In this document: positions 54,871 to 64,000 of the stretch, in pieces
Layout of the letters: every line of letters starts with the position of its first letter
How positions within the stretch are numbered: the first letter of the stretch is position 1
DNA from: Eledone cirrhosa
Taxonomy: Eukaryota
Assembly: GCA_964016885.1 (NCBI GenBank)
Contig: OZ024744.1
Coordinates: 101,184,001-101,248,000, forward strand
Direction of reading: 5' to 3'
DNA: 64,000 bases
Notes under the pieces: model-generated
What the model saw: only the letters and a program-made list of their open reading frames with translations
The model's database searches: none
What the model was told of the DNA's origin: nothing
Position numbers and translations under genes: made by a program

Positions 54871-54951
54871 TTGTTTCTACTTTAGGCACAAGGCCAGCAA
54901 TTTCCCAGTGTATTACTGGTACTTTATTTTATCGACCCCGTAAGGATGAAA
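54871..54951 (-). mobile_element. 3' fragment of the same SINE family, inverted
   Basis: Reverse complement of ~54446-54524; flanked by AATAATAA(T) on both sides (possible TSD). Confidence 0.8.
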
Positions 54952-55164
54952 AATAATAATAGCCAATTTACTACACATACACATACACAAGTATAGTGAA
55001 TCTTAGAACACTGGTTGCTGTTTTCTACAATTTGTCATCACCCCCTTCCTTCCTCAGTCATCTCCCTTTCAGTGAATGACTGACAAATATATAGATATAC
55101 ACACATTCGCTATTATTATTGGCAGATTTGTTAGAGCGTCAGACACCATGCTTTCAATATCTCA

Positions 55165-56790
55165 GCAACTATCCCTAACAGTCCAGCAGCCTTACCTCTT
55201 TTCATTTCCTTAATTGCTTCTTTGACCCTATAGTTGTCAACCTCAGTAGCTGGTCCCTCTGTTGGGTCTGTTGATCCCAGTGCATTAAAATAATGAAGTT
55301 ATTGTGTACAGTGCTCAGGTACACTACAACTCATCAAAGGTGAATGTATAGTACATAAAATAATGTACAAATGTCAGGAAAGTGAACAGTGGATGAGTCA
55401 TGATATACATGTGTGGGTGTGTATGGAGGGGGGATATCAGGTGTAGTGTTGGCGTATTTCAGGAAGCATGGAAGTTTTAAAGGATGCAGTGTCCCGGCAG
55501 CTAACAACTGATGCAGGTAGTGTGTTCCATGCTCTCCCATTCATTTTCAACATTCACCAGTCTCTCATAATGACATTTCCAGGCCTCCTTTTTCTGAGCA
55601 TCAGTGATGGTAAGTGCACCAACATCATTTCGGACACACTTATCTCTAACAACATCCTGACTTACTGACACACTAACTTGCAATGCGGAACACCTCACGT
55701 CTCTGATCCCCTCGTCACAGAACATTGGCAAACCTCCTACTCTCAGCTTCCCTGCATGCTAAGTATACCTGACGTCTAGCCTCTCTTTTAGTGGCTGAGT
55801 ATTGGTCTCTACTGCCCCAATTTTTCCAATCTTGTTTTCCAATGCTTGTTTTTTGTCTTTAATGGCACCCTCTGTCTGGTTGGAGCTTTGCTCCAGCCAC
55901 AAGGCTCTTCAGTTTCATGCTGTAGGTTGTCGCTTAAGAACTTCCAGTTATCTTCTATATCATACAATTCTAATTCATCTTCTTTTTTATCATACACATC
56001 TTGAAGGGCTTTCCTAAACTTATATTTAAGTGAAATGTCTTTTAGCTTCCAGACCTTCCTTTTCCACACCTTGCTGTATGTCTCATTTTGTCTCTTGCTT
56101 ATTGAGATGTCACTAACCTATGTTGGGGATTACATTCTTCCCCAGAGTATGCCTTAGTATTTGTAACCATCTGTCTGTCTCATTACTTAACTAACAAGAA
56201 GTCAATCTGGCTTATGTGTTTGTCTGATTGGCAGGTTTCCTGAAGTTAGTGTTGCAAATGGTTAGTTCAGTTGCATCACAAAATTCAAGTAGCCTGACGC
56301 CTTCTTTATTTCTTCAGCCATAACCATGAGCACCATGTACCCCAGTGTCTCCATCCTGGAGCTGTCCAACATGACCATTGAAGTCCCCTGCTAGTATAAC
56401 TAGGCCTCTGTCCTCTGTCACTAAGGTTGTCTCTAGAAGTTGCTTTTAAAAGCAGACCTTCTCTTCTTTACCTTGGCTCGTTTGGAGAGCATAGGTAGAG
56501 ATGATTGTCAGCAGTCTCTTGCCTACAACTAATCTAATCTTAATTATTCTATTACTGATTCTAACTACCTCTATTGTTTTATTGATCCACGTCTTGGGCA
56601 GTAAAATGCCTACCCCATCATAGTTTCCTACCCAGAAAAACTTATAGCTAAGATGTTTGCCTGCGATAAGTCTTGCAGAGGCACCTCTCCATCTCACCTT
56701 TTGCATGCATCACACATCCATAATGTCTTCTCTCTAGCATCTCTACTATCTCACCAGATCTACCTCTCAGAGTGGCAACCCTGAGTTGTG
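55165..56790 (-). mobile_element. Old degraded RTE LINE, endonuclease and linker region
   Basis: APE-endonuclease remnants (VRWRG, GVGILL, RIIKIRL, IISTYA, GDFNGHVG at ~56380), WKLKD, and KCVRNDVGAL...AWKCHYERL, homologous to the ORF at 57832 onward. Confidence 0.85.
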
Positions 56791-56844
56791 TCATCTTCCG
56801 TTGATTTTTTTCTTTTTTTTCTGCTATGAAAAATAACTAAAATC

Positions 56845-57080
56845 ATTATCATCATTATTATTATTATTGTTGTTGTGCAATTGTTTGATGACGGTCTTGC
56901 ACATGGCCGCATTAGCCACCATTATTACTGTTTACGCAGTTATTGCTATATTTGTATGTTGTGCTCATAATTTTGGCATTAATACACTGGTTGGGTGCCC
57001 TTCCTATCACCAGCACCACTTTACAGCATGGACCGGGTGCTTTTATTCGTGCCACCAGCACTAGAGAGGTTGTCTTACTG
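56845..57080 (-). mobile_element. Degraded SINE/LINE 3' tail fragment
   Basis: GGTGCCCTTCCTATCACCAGC...TTTACAG...GGGTGCTTTT resembles the RTE-type tail shared across the window. Confidence 0.5.
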
Positions 57081-57393
57081 GACTCAGGGGGTTCTCCATC
57101 CCGCACCAATTTATTTGGAGTGGTAGCTCTCCTGGATGGGTTGCCTACACTACAGTTTACAGAGCCTCCATCTGCCCCTTGACTGGGCCACTATTCAACT
57201 ATATTAAGATACTCTGAGTCTACATTTATCATATGGATGGAGGGAGCAGCTGGGGAGGAGAAAGTAATGAAGAGGTTTTGAGGGAGTGGGTTTAAGGTGC
57301 TATATATATATGAGGAAGTGGCTAGCATATAGCGTCAGACATGCATACCTTTACAAACATTTTTATCTCAACCTTTCCAAACTCTATGTATAT

Positions 57394-57783
57394 ATCATCA
57401 TCATCACCGTTTTACGTCCATTCTTCCACACTAGCATGGGTTAAACAGGTTGTCCTGTTGTGGACAATGTTAGGTCGGCTGACCTTGTCTTGCTCATACA
57501 GAACTGATTTTGGCTTGATTTCTACAGCTGGATGCCTTTCCTAACACCAACCTCATTTACAGTGAGTGCTGGGTGCTTTTTTGCCGTGGCACCTCCACGA
57601 CCACTTTGCAGTGGAATGATAGGGACCCCAGTCCTATCATCTCATTTCTACAGTTAAGTAAACTGGAGCAATTTGAAATAAAGTGTCTTGCTCAAGGAAA
57701 CAACACATCACCCGGTCTGAAAATTGAACTCGCAACCTTTCGATTGCAAGGCCAATGCTCTAACCACTAAGCCATGTGCCTCC
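57394..57783 (-). mobile_element. Full-length tRNA-derived SINE with RTE-type 3' tail
   Basis: Minus strand begins GGAGGCACATGGCTTAGTGGTTAGAGC (A box), then GAGTTCAATT (B box), CCTTGAGCAAGACACTTTATTTC and an RTE-like tail with (GAT)n; sits in TA-rich sequence. Confidence 0.88.
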
Positions 57784-57831
57784 ATATATACACATCTATA
57801 TACCTATATAAACATTTACATATATATGTAC

Positions 57832-59713
57832 AACGCGAGGACCAAAAACGTGAGGTGTTCAGGATTGCTAGGCAATGTGTCAAGGAAAACCGTGATATTG
57901 TCGGGGAGAAGTGTGTACTTAATGATGACGGCGTACTTGCCATCACCGACGCTGATAAGAAGGTAGCTTGGAAGTGTCACTATGAAAGGCTACTAAATGA
58001 GGAGAATAAATGGGAGAAAGACGGTCTCCCCCACATCGACCCAATAGAGGGACCAGCAGTGTTAGTCGAGGGTAGTATAATAAGTAAGGCAATCAAGGAT
58101 ATGAAGACGGGTAAGGCAGCTGGGCCCTCGGAAATAGTTGCTGAGATGCTGAAGGCATCTGGCACGGTGGGACACACCATGGTCACCCGGATAGTTAACC
58201 AAGTCGTACAGAATGGGGTTGTTCCGAAGGACTGGCGTAGCAGCATCATCATTAACTGTTATAAGGGTAAAGGAGATGCCCTAGATAGGAGTAACTATAG
58301 AGGCATTAAATTAATCGACCAGGTCATGAAGGTCACGGAAAAAGTAATAGCGCAACTAATCAGAGAGAGAATTGACCTCGATGAAATGCAGTTCGGGTTT
58401 GTGTCAGGCAAAAGTACCACAGACGCTCTTTTCATTGTACGAGAACTACAGGAGAAGTACCTAGCTAAAAGTAAACCCCTATACTTAGCTTTTGTTGACT
58501 TGGAGAAAGCCTTTGACAGAGTACCCCGCTCGATTATCTGGTGGGCCCTTAGAAAACTAGGTGTTGATGAATGGCTTGTGAGAGCTATACAAGCCATGTA
58601 TAAAGAAACAGTCAGCAAGGTTAGAATTAACAACGAATATAGTGAAGAGTTTAGCGTAAAAGTTGGCGTCCATCAGGGCTCTGTTCTCAGCCCCCTACTA
58701 TTTATTATTGCCCTTCAGGCTATAACAGAGGAGTTCAAGACCAGCTGCGCATGGGAACTCCTATACGCAGATGACCTAACGCTCATAGCTGAATCAATGG
58801 CCGAGCTAGAGAAGAAATTCCAAACATGGAAGCACGGCCTAGAATCAAAAGGCCTTAAAATTAACCTGGCTAAGACCAAAGTTCTAGTTTGTAGGAAAGA
58901 AAATAAGGCGGCGGTCCCTTCCGGGAAGTGGCCATGCTCAGTGTGTAGGAAAGGCGTAGGTAGAAACTCCATTTTGTGTCCGAAATGCAAAGTATGGGTG
59001 CATAAAAGATGTAGTGGGATCACAGGTAAGCTAACTAAGAACATAGATTTCGCATGTGGCCGGTGCTCTGGTGCAATAAGTAGCAGCAAGTGCCCACAAA
59101 ATACTAGCTCTTTCAACTGCGCAGAAATAGAAATAGTGGACAGCTTCCGTTACCTGGGTGACAAAATCAGCAGGGGGGAGGGTGCTCTGAAAGTACAGTA
59201 GCTAGAGTCAGAACTGGATGGGAAAAGTTCAGAGAGCTTATACCACTATTAGCCGCTAAAGGGTTCTCCCTAAAAATAAAAGGCAGGTTGTACGATGCCT
59301 GCATACGAACAGCAATGTTGCATGGCAGTGAGACCTGGGCATTGTGTGCAGAGGATATACGCAGACTAGAGAGGAACGAAGCTTGCATGCTCCGCTGGAT
59401 GTGTAATAGTAATATACGTGAACGGCAAAGCATAAACGAACTAAGGAAAAAATTAGAAATAAGAGGGATCAGATGTTGTTTACTCGAGAGAAGGCTACGT
59501 TGGTATGGACATGTGATGCGCATGAAAGACGATAGCTGTATAACAAAGTGTAGGGCAATAAAGATAGACGGTAGCCACGGAATAGGCAGACCCAGAAAAA
59601 CCTGGGACGAGCTGATAAATTCTGACCTCACACACTTACACCTCTCCAAGACAATGTTACTGGACCGAGACCTTTGGCAGTACTCAGTAATAGAGAAGAC
59701 CCGCCTTACCTAA
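57832..59713 (+). pseudogene. RTE reverse transcriptase with embedded PHD finger (no endonuclease, one frameshift)
   Basis: Motifs GKAAGP, KGKGD..NYRGI, QFGF, FVDLEKAFD, GVHQGSVLSP, LYADD, C4HC3 finger, FRYLG, RLRWYGHV. Single frameshift in a G run at ~59173-80. Confidence 0.93.
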
Positions 59714-60100
59714 ATACATAGTAAAACCTACTACAGTCAGTAGGCATCTCTAACAAAATACACCCCCGTCCCACCACCCCCACCCCATCCACACCGCCCC
59801 CTTCTATGTAAAGTTATGTTGGTGCCACACCATCCAGGCCGAAACAAATGAGATCGTGTAGGTGTCACGACAAAAAAAAACACAGTCCACGCTGTAATGT
59901 GGCCGTGTAGGCAACACGGTAAAAACCTCCCAGCCCCACACTGTAAATGTGGTTGGTGTTAGGAAGGGCATCCAGCTGTAGAAAACCCGCCAGACAGTCC
60001 TATGCGAGCAAGACAATCACTCTTGCCACAAGTGGGAAACCCCCGTCCAAACCCATGCAAGCGTGGAACACGGACGTTAAACGTTGATGATGATGATGAT
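57832..60100 (+). mobile_element. Young 5'-truncated RTE-clade LINE
   Basis: RT ORF, 3' UTR and (GAT)n tail; TSD ATGTACAA at ~57826-33 and ~60099-106. Confidence 0.95.
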
Positions 60101-60196
60101 GTACAAACCCATGCAAGCGTGGAATATGGGCGTTAAACGATGATGATGATGTACAAATAAAACACACATGTACATCTGACACACACACACATATAT

Positions 60197-60893
60197 ATCA
60201 TCATCATCATCATCATCATCAACGTTTAACGTCCGTGTTCCACGCTTGCATGGGTTTGGACGGGGGTAGTCCCACTTGAGGCAAGAGTGATTGTCTTGCT
60301 CGCATAGGACTGTCTGGCAGGTTTTCTACAGTTGGATGCCCTTCCTAACACCAACCACATTTACAGTGTGGGTCTGGGAGGTTTTTACCGTGTTGCCTAC
60401 ATGGCCACATTACAGCGTGGACTGTGTGTTTTTTTTGTCGTGACACCTACACGATCTCATTTGTTTCGGCCTGGATGGCGCGGCACCAACATAACTTTAT
60501 GTAGAACGGGGTGGTGTGGATGGGGTGGGGGTGGTGGTAGTGGGACGGGGTGTATTTTGTTAGAGATGCCTACTGGCTGTAGTAGGTTTTACTATGTATT
60601 TAGGTAAGGCGGGTCTTCTGTGTTACTGTGTAGCGCCAAAGATCTCGGTCCAGTGACATTGTCTTGGAGAGGTGTAAGTGTGTGAGGTCGGAGTTTATCA
60701 GCTCGTCCCAGGTTTTTCTAGGTCTGCCTATTCCGTGGCTACCGTCTATCTTTATTGCCCTGCACTTTGTTATACAGCTATCGACTTTCATGCGCATCAC
60801 GTGTCCATACCAACGTAGCCTTCTCTCGAGTAAACAACATCTGATCCCTCTTATTTCTAATTTTTTCCTTAGTTCGTTTATGCTTTGCCGTTC

Positions 60894-60898
<5 letters not shown>
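60197..60898 (-). mobile_element. 5'-truncated RTE copy, tail-to-tail with the long element
   Basis: Near-identical reverse complement of ~59415-60100; flanked by (TA)n. Confidence 0.95.
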
Positions 60899-60924
<26 letters not shown>

Positions 60925-61193
60925 AAACATTTCAAAAATCTATGAAATTGAAATTTGAAGACTTATCTGTATGCTGTCTCAACACAACCGAGAGAGATTA
61001 TTTTTAAATGTTTTTCAGGTCTCGGCGTTTCAATACATACATGTGGTAACTGGTCATTTCCATTACTATAAATACACATATTTATAAACACATGCACACA
61101 ATACTCATGTTACTTGTATTAGGTAAAGTTATATATGTTTATACTTTCATTCTAAAAGAATTGTGAGCAATTTGTAATGTTATTTATATATAT

Positions 61194-61683
61194 ATCATCA
61201 TCATCATCTTGCGTCCGCTTTTCCTTGCTTGCAAGGGTGGGATGGGTCTTATTCAGCACAGCATCTCTCCACTTGTCACGGTCCTTCGTCATCTCCACCG
61301 TGAGCTTCAGCGATCTAAGGTCTGTTCTCACCACCTCCGCCCATGTTTTTCGTGGTCTACTTCTACCACGTCTTGCTTCAACTGGCATTTCCTGGCACTT
61401 CTTCACCCAGCGGTCATCCTCCATGCGCATCACTTGTCCATACCACCTCAGTCTCCTCTCCCGTACACTACATTCTATCCCTCTCAGACACAGTTTCTCT
61501 CTCAACACATTCATGCTGGGTCGTTCACGCACATTGACACTGCACATCCAACAGAGCATGCTTGCCTCATTTCTCTCCAGCCGTCGCATATCCTCTGCAG
61601 TTGCTGCCCATGTCTCACTACCATGCAGCATCGCGCTCCTCACACAGGCATCATATAACTGGTCTTTCATACACAGGGAGAGG
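61194..61683 (-). mobile_element. RTE 3' fragment of a related family (left arm of a palindrome)
   Basis: Open frame LYDACVRSAMLHGSETW...RLRWYGQV...RPRKTW; very short UTR; (GAT)n tail. Confidence 0.92.
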
Positions 61684-62136
61684 GGCCGGTTATATGGTGT
61701 TTGTGTGGGGAGCGCGATGTTGCATCATGGTGGGACATGGGCAGCAACTGCAGAGGATGTGCGACGGCTGGAGAGAAATGAGGCGGGCATGCTCCATTGG
61801 ATGTGCAGCGTCAATGTGCGTGAACGGCCCAGCATGTGTGTGTTGGGGGGGGGGAGGGCTGTGTCTGAGAGGGATGGAGTGTGGTGTGCGGGAGGGGAGA
61901 CTGTGGTGCGCATGGAGGATGACCGATGGGTGGGGGAGTGCCAGGAGAAGCCAGTTGAAGGAAGACGTGGTAGAGGTAGACCATGAAAAACATGGGCGGA
62001 GGTGGTGAGAACAGACCTCAGATCACTGAAGCTCACGGTGGAGATGATGAAGGACCGTGACAAGTGGAGAGATGTTGTGCTGAATAAGACCCATCCCACC
62101 CTTGCAAGCAGGGAAGAGCGGACGTAAAATGATGAT
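61681..62136 (+). mobile_element. RTE 3' fragment, A>G hypermutated (right arm of the palindrome)
   Basis: Inverted copy of 61194-61670 with many A>G changes, a G run and a small deletion. Confidence 0.9.
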
Positions 62137-62283
62137 CATCATCATCATCATCATTTTACTTCTGCTTTTCCCTGCTTATGAGACATATAAACAAAGGATG
62201 TATTTTAAGCTTTAAAGTGTTATTATATATTATTTCTGTTAAATGTTTATAGAAATAACATAGTGTCATTCTTCATTTAATAG

Positions 62284-62349
62284 GCTGAAGAAAATAGAAA
62301 AAATGCCTGCAAAGCATTTGAAGATTGTTCAAAGGTAGCACAGGATGAG
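62284..62349 (+). CDS. Sorting nexin SNX5/6/32-like, exon E (66 nt)
   Basis: tttaatag|GCT...GAG|gtaaat; AEENRKNACKAFEDCSKVAQDE resembles SNX6 AETSQQLCCQKFEKISESAKQE. The gene continues beyond the window. Confidence 0.82.
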
Positions 62350-62463
62350 GTAAATGATATTTCAACTTATGTTACAAAGAAAAGAATATTTGCAAAATGA
62401 AATATTTCAATTAAAATTAGTTGAAAAAAATCACTCTGAGACATTTAAAAATTTTAGGGATGT

Positions 62464-62705
62464 ATCATCATCATCATCATCATCATCATCACTGTTTAAC
62501 ATCCATTTTTCCACATTAACATGGTTTAGACGAGTTATCCTGTTGTGAGACAAGTCAGATCAGATGACCATGTCTTTCTCATATAGATCTATGCCCTTCC
62601 TAATCTATGCCCTTCCTAATGCCAATTTTATTTACAGTGTAGACTGGGTGCTTTTTGTCTTTGTCGTGATACCGACACAACCACTTTACAGTGTGGACTG
62701 GGGGC
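62464..62705 (-). mobile_element. Degraded RTE-type 3' tail fragment
   Basis: (CAT)n followed by GTTTAACATCC...ATGCCCTTCCTAATGCCAA...TTTACAGTGT. Confidence 0.65.
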
Positions 62706-62742
62706 TTCACTGGATGTATACTTCAGCTTGTCCTCATGGTAA

Positions 62743-63180
62743 ATCATCATCATCATCATCTTCGTTTAATGTCCATCTTCCACGCTAGAGTTGTCCCACT
62801 TGAGGCAAGGTTGGTCGGGTGACCATGTCTCGCTAATATAGGACTGTCTGGCAGGTTTTCTACGGCCGGATGCCCTTCCTAACACCAACCACATTTACAG
62901 TGTGGAACTGGGAACTTTTTACCATGTTACCTACACAGCCACATTACAGCATGGACTGTGTGTTTTTTTGTTGTGACACCTACACGGCCTCATTATCTCA
63001 TTTATTTGGACTGAATGTTGTGGTACCAACTTTACAGAGAGAGGGTGGCGTTGGTGGGAGTGGAGGATAGGGTAGGTGTAGTGGATTGGGGTGTATATTT
63101 GGTTGAGAAGTGCCTACTGAATGTAGGTTTCGCTTTGTACATAGGCAAGGTGGGCCTTCTGTATTACTGCATAGCGCCAA
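62743..63180 (-). mobile_element. RTE LINE 3' UTR fragment
   Basis: (CAT)n plus the reverse complement of the 3' UTR seen at 59680-60100. Confidence 0.85.
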
Positions 63181-63267
63181 GAGAAAGGCAAATATATGTA
63201 AATATATTAAATATAGAGGAGTCTTGCTATAAATATTTTAAGCTGTGTGTGTATACACACACAAATA

Positions 63268-63305
<38 letters not shown>

Positions 63306-63410
63306 CAAGAAAGTACGTCCATTGAATCATTTGATAAAATATATACAGTATTTCCTCTCCCAATCAGCATAATCAACCACACAAAAAATCAATTAAACCA
63401 GGCGATAAGA

Positions 63411-64000
63411 TTAAAAGGCAACTATGAAGAAATAATAGATAAATAAATGATAGCTATTTTATTCGCGATCAACAGCCACAGAATATTTACCCTAATAGCC
63501 ATATTTACTTTATGTATATGTAAATCTATATATTTTATAATCTCCCATATGGTTGAGAAACAATTTAGGCAGTATTCGGCTGCGCTTTCTAGCAACCAGC
63601 CCACTCGCCATAAGGCACCAATCACAAACTTTCTGACTTGACCACTAGCCACGTCACAGTTCTTAGCCATTTTGAATTCATTTCTGGCGGGGATCATTTA
63701 AGAAAAATCTTTGTCCAATTGAGTTTGTGTCTTGATGATTTCGAAACTCGTGAATTTATCCTTGATCGTATATTTCCAAAAAGCAAATGAAACCTCATGG
63801 GGTAGAGACATAATTTTGGTATGCTTATATACATTTTTTCTTCTAACTTTGATTTTGTACCTAATTGTGTATGGATTGGCTATATATCTAATCGATTTCC
63901 ACGGGCTTTTAGAAATACTGGGTAAATCTTCTGTGGCTGTTGATCGCGAATAAATTAGCTATCATTTATTTATCTATTGTTTCTTCATAGGTGCCTTTTA
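63411..64000. mobile_element. Long inverted repeat, probable MITE/foldback element (right arm runs off the window)
   Basis: 63412-63492 is the reverse complement of 63920-64000 with about 4 mismatches. Confidence 0.65.

Noticed and set aside
57774-57831. N-terminus of the 475-aa ORF as a real start
   Set aside because: It derives from the SINE end and TA-rich flank upstream of the TSD; the LINE is 5'-truncated.
61194-61670. APOBEC-like G>A hypermutation of the left arm as the cause of arm asymmetry
   Set aside because: The left arm retains the conserved protein sequence, so A is ancestral at most differing sites.
63981-64000. Splice acceptor ttcttcatag|GTG as the next SNX exon
   Set aside because: It is part of the inverted-repeat arm mirrored at 63412-63431, and too little sequence remains to test.

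Overview
Eukaryotic, repeat-rich intronic DNA. The RTE LINEs and tRNA-derived SINEs with (GAT)n tails suggest a mollusc, probably a cephalopod (inference). Bases 1-45490 are one uninterrupted 73-bp tandem satellite (~620 units) with higher-order structure; its last unit runs into a degenerate tRNA-like sequence. Five short GT-AG exons on the + strand (45732-62349), absent from the ORF track, splice in frame into the BAR-domain half of an SNX5/6/32-like sorting nexin. The introns hold a hAT-Charlie-type MITE, a dead hAT transposon hit by two RTE LINE fragments, a LINE-derived 51-bp minisatellite, SINEs, a young 5'-truncated RTE with a PHD finger inside its RT, and several inverted LINE pairs. 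The most striking observations are an RTE copy with clustered sense-strand A>G changes (candidate genomic fossil of ADAR hyper-editing) and a CArG box (CC[A/T]6GG) in the units of both unrelated tandem arrays. All counts are by hand and no database searches were run.
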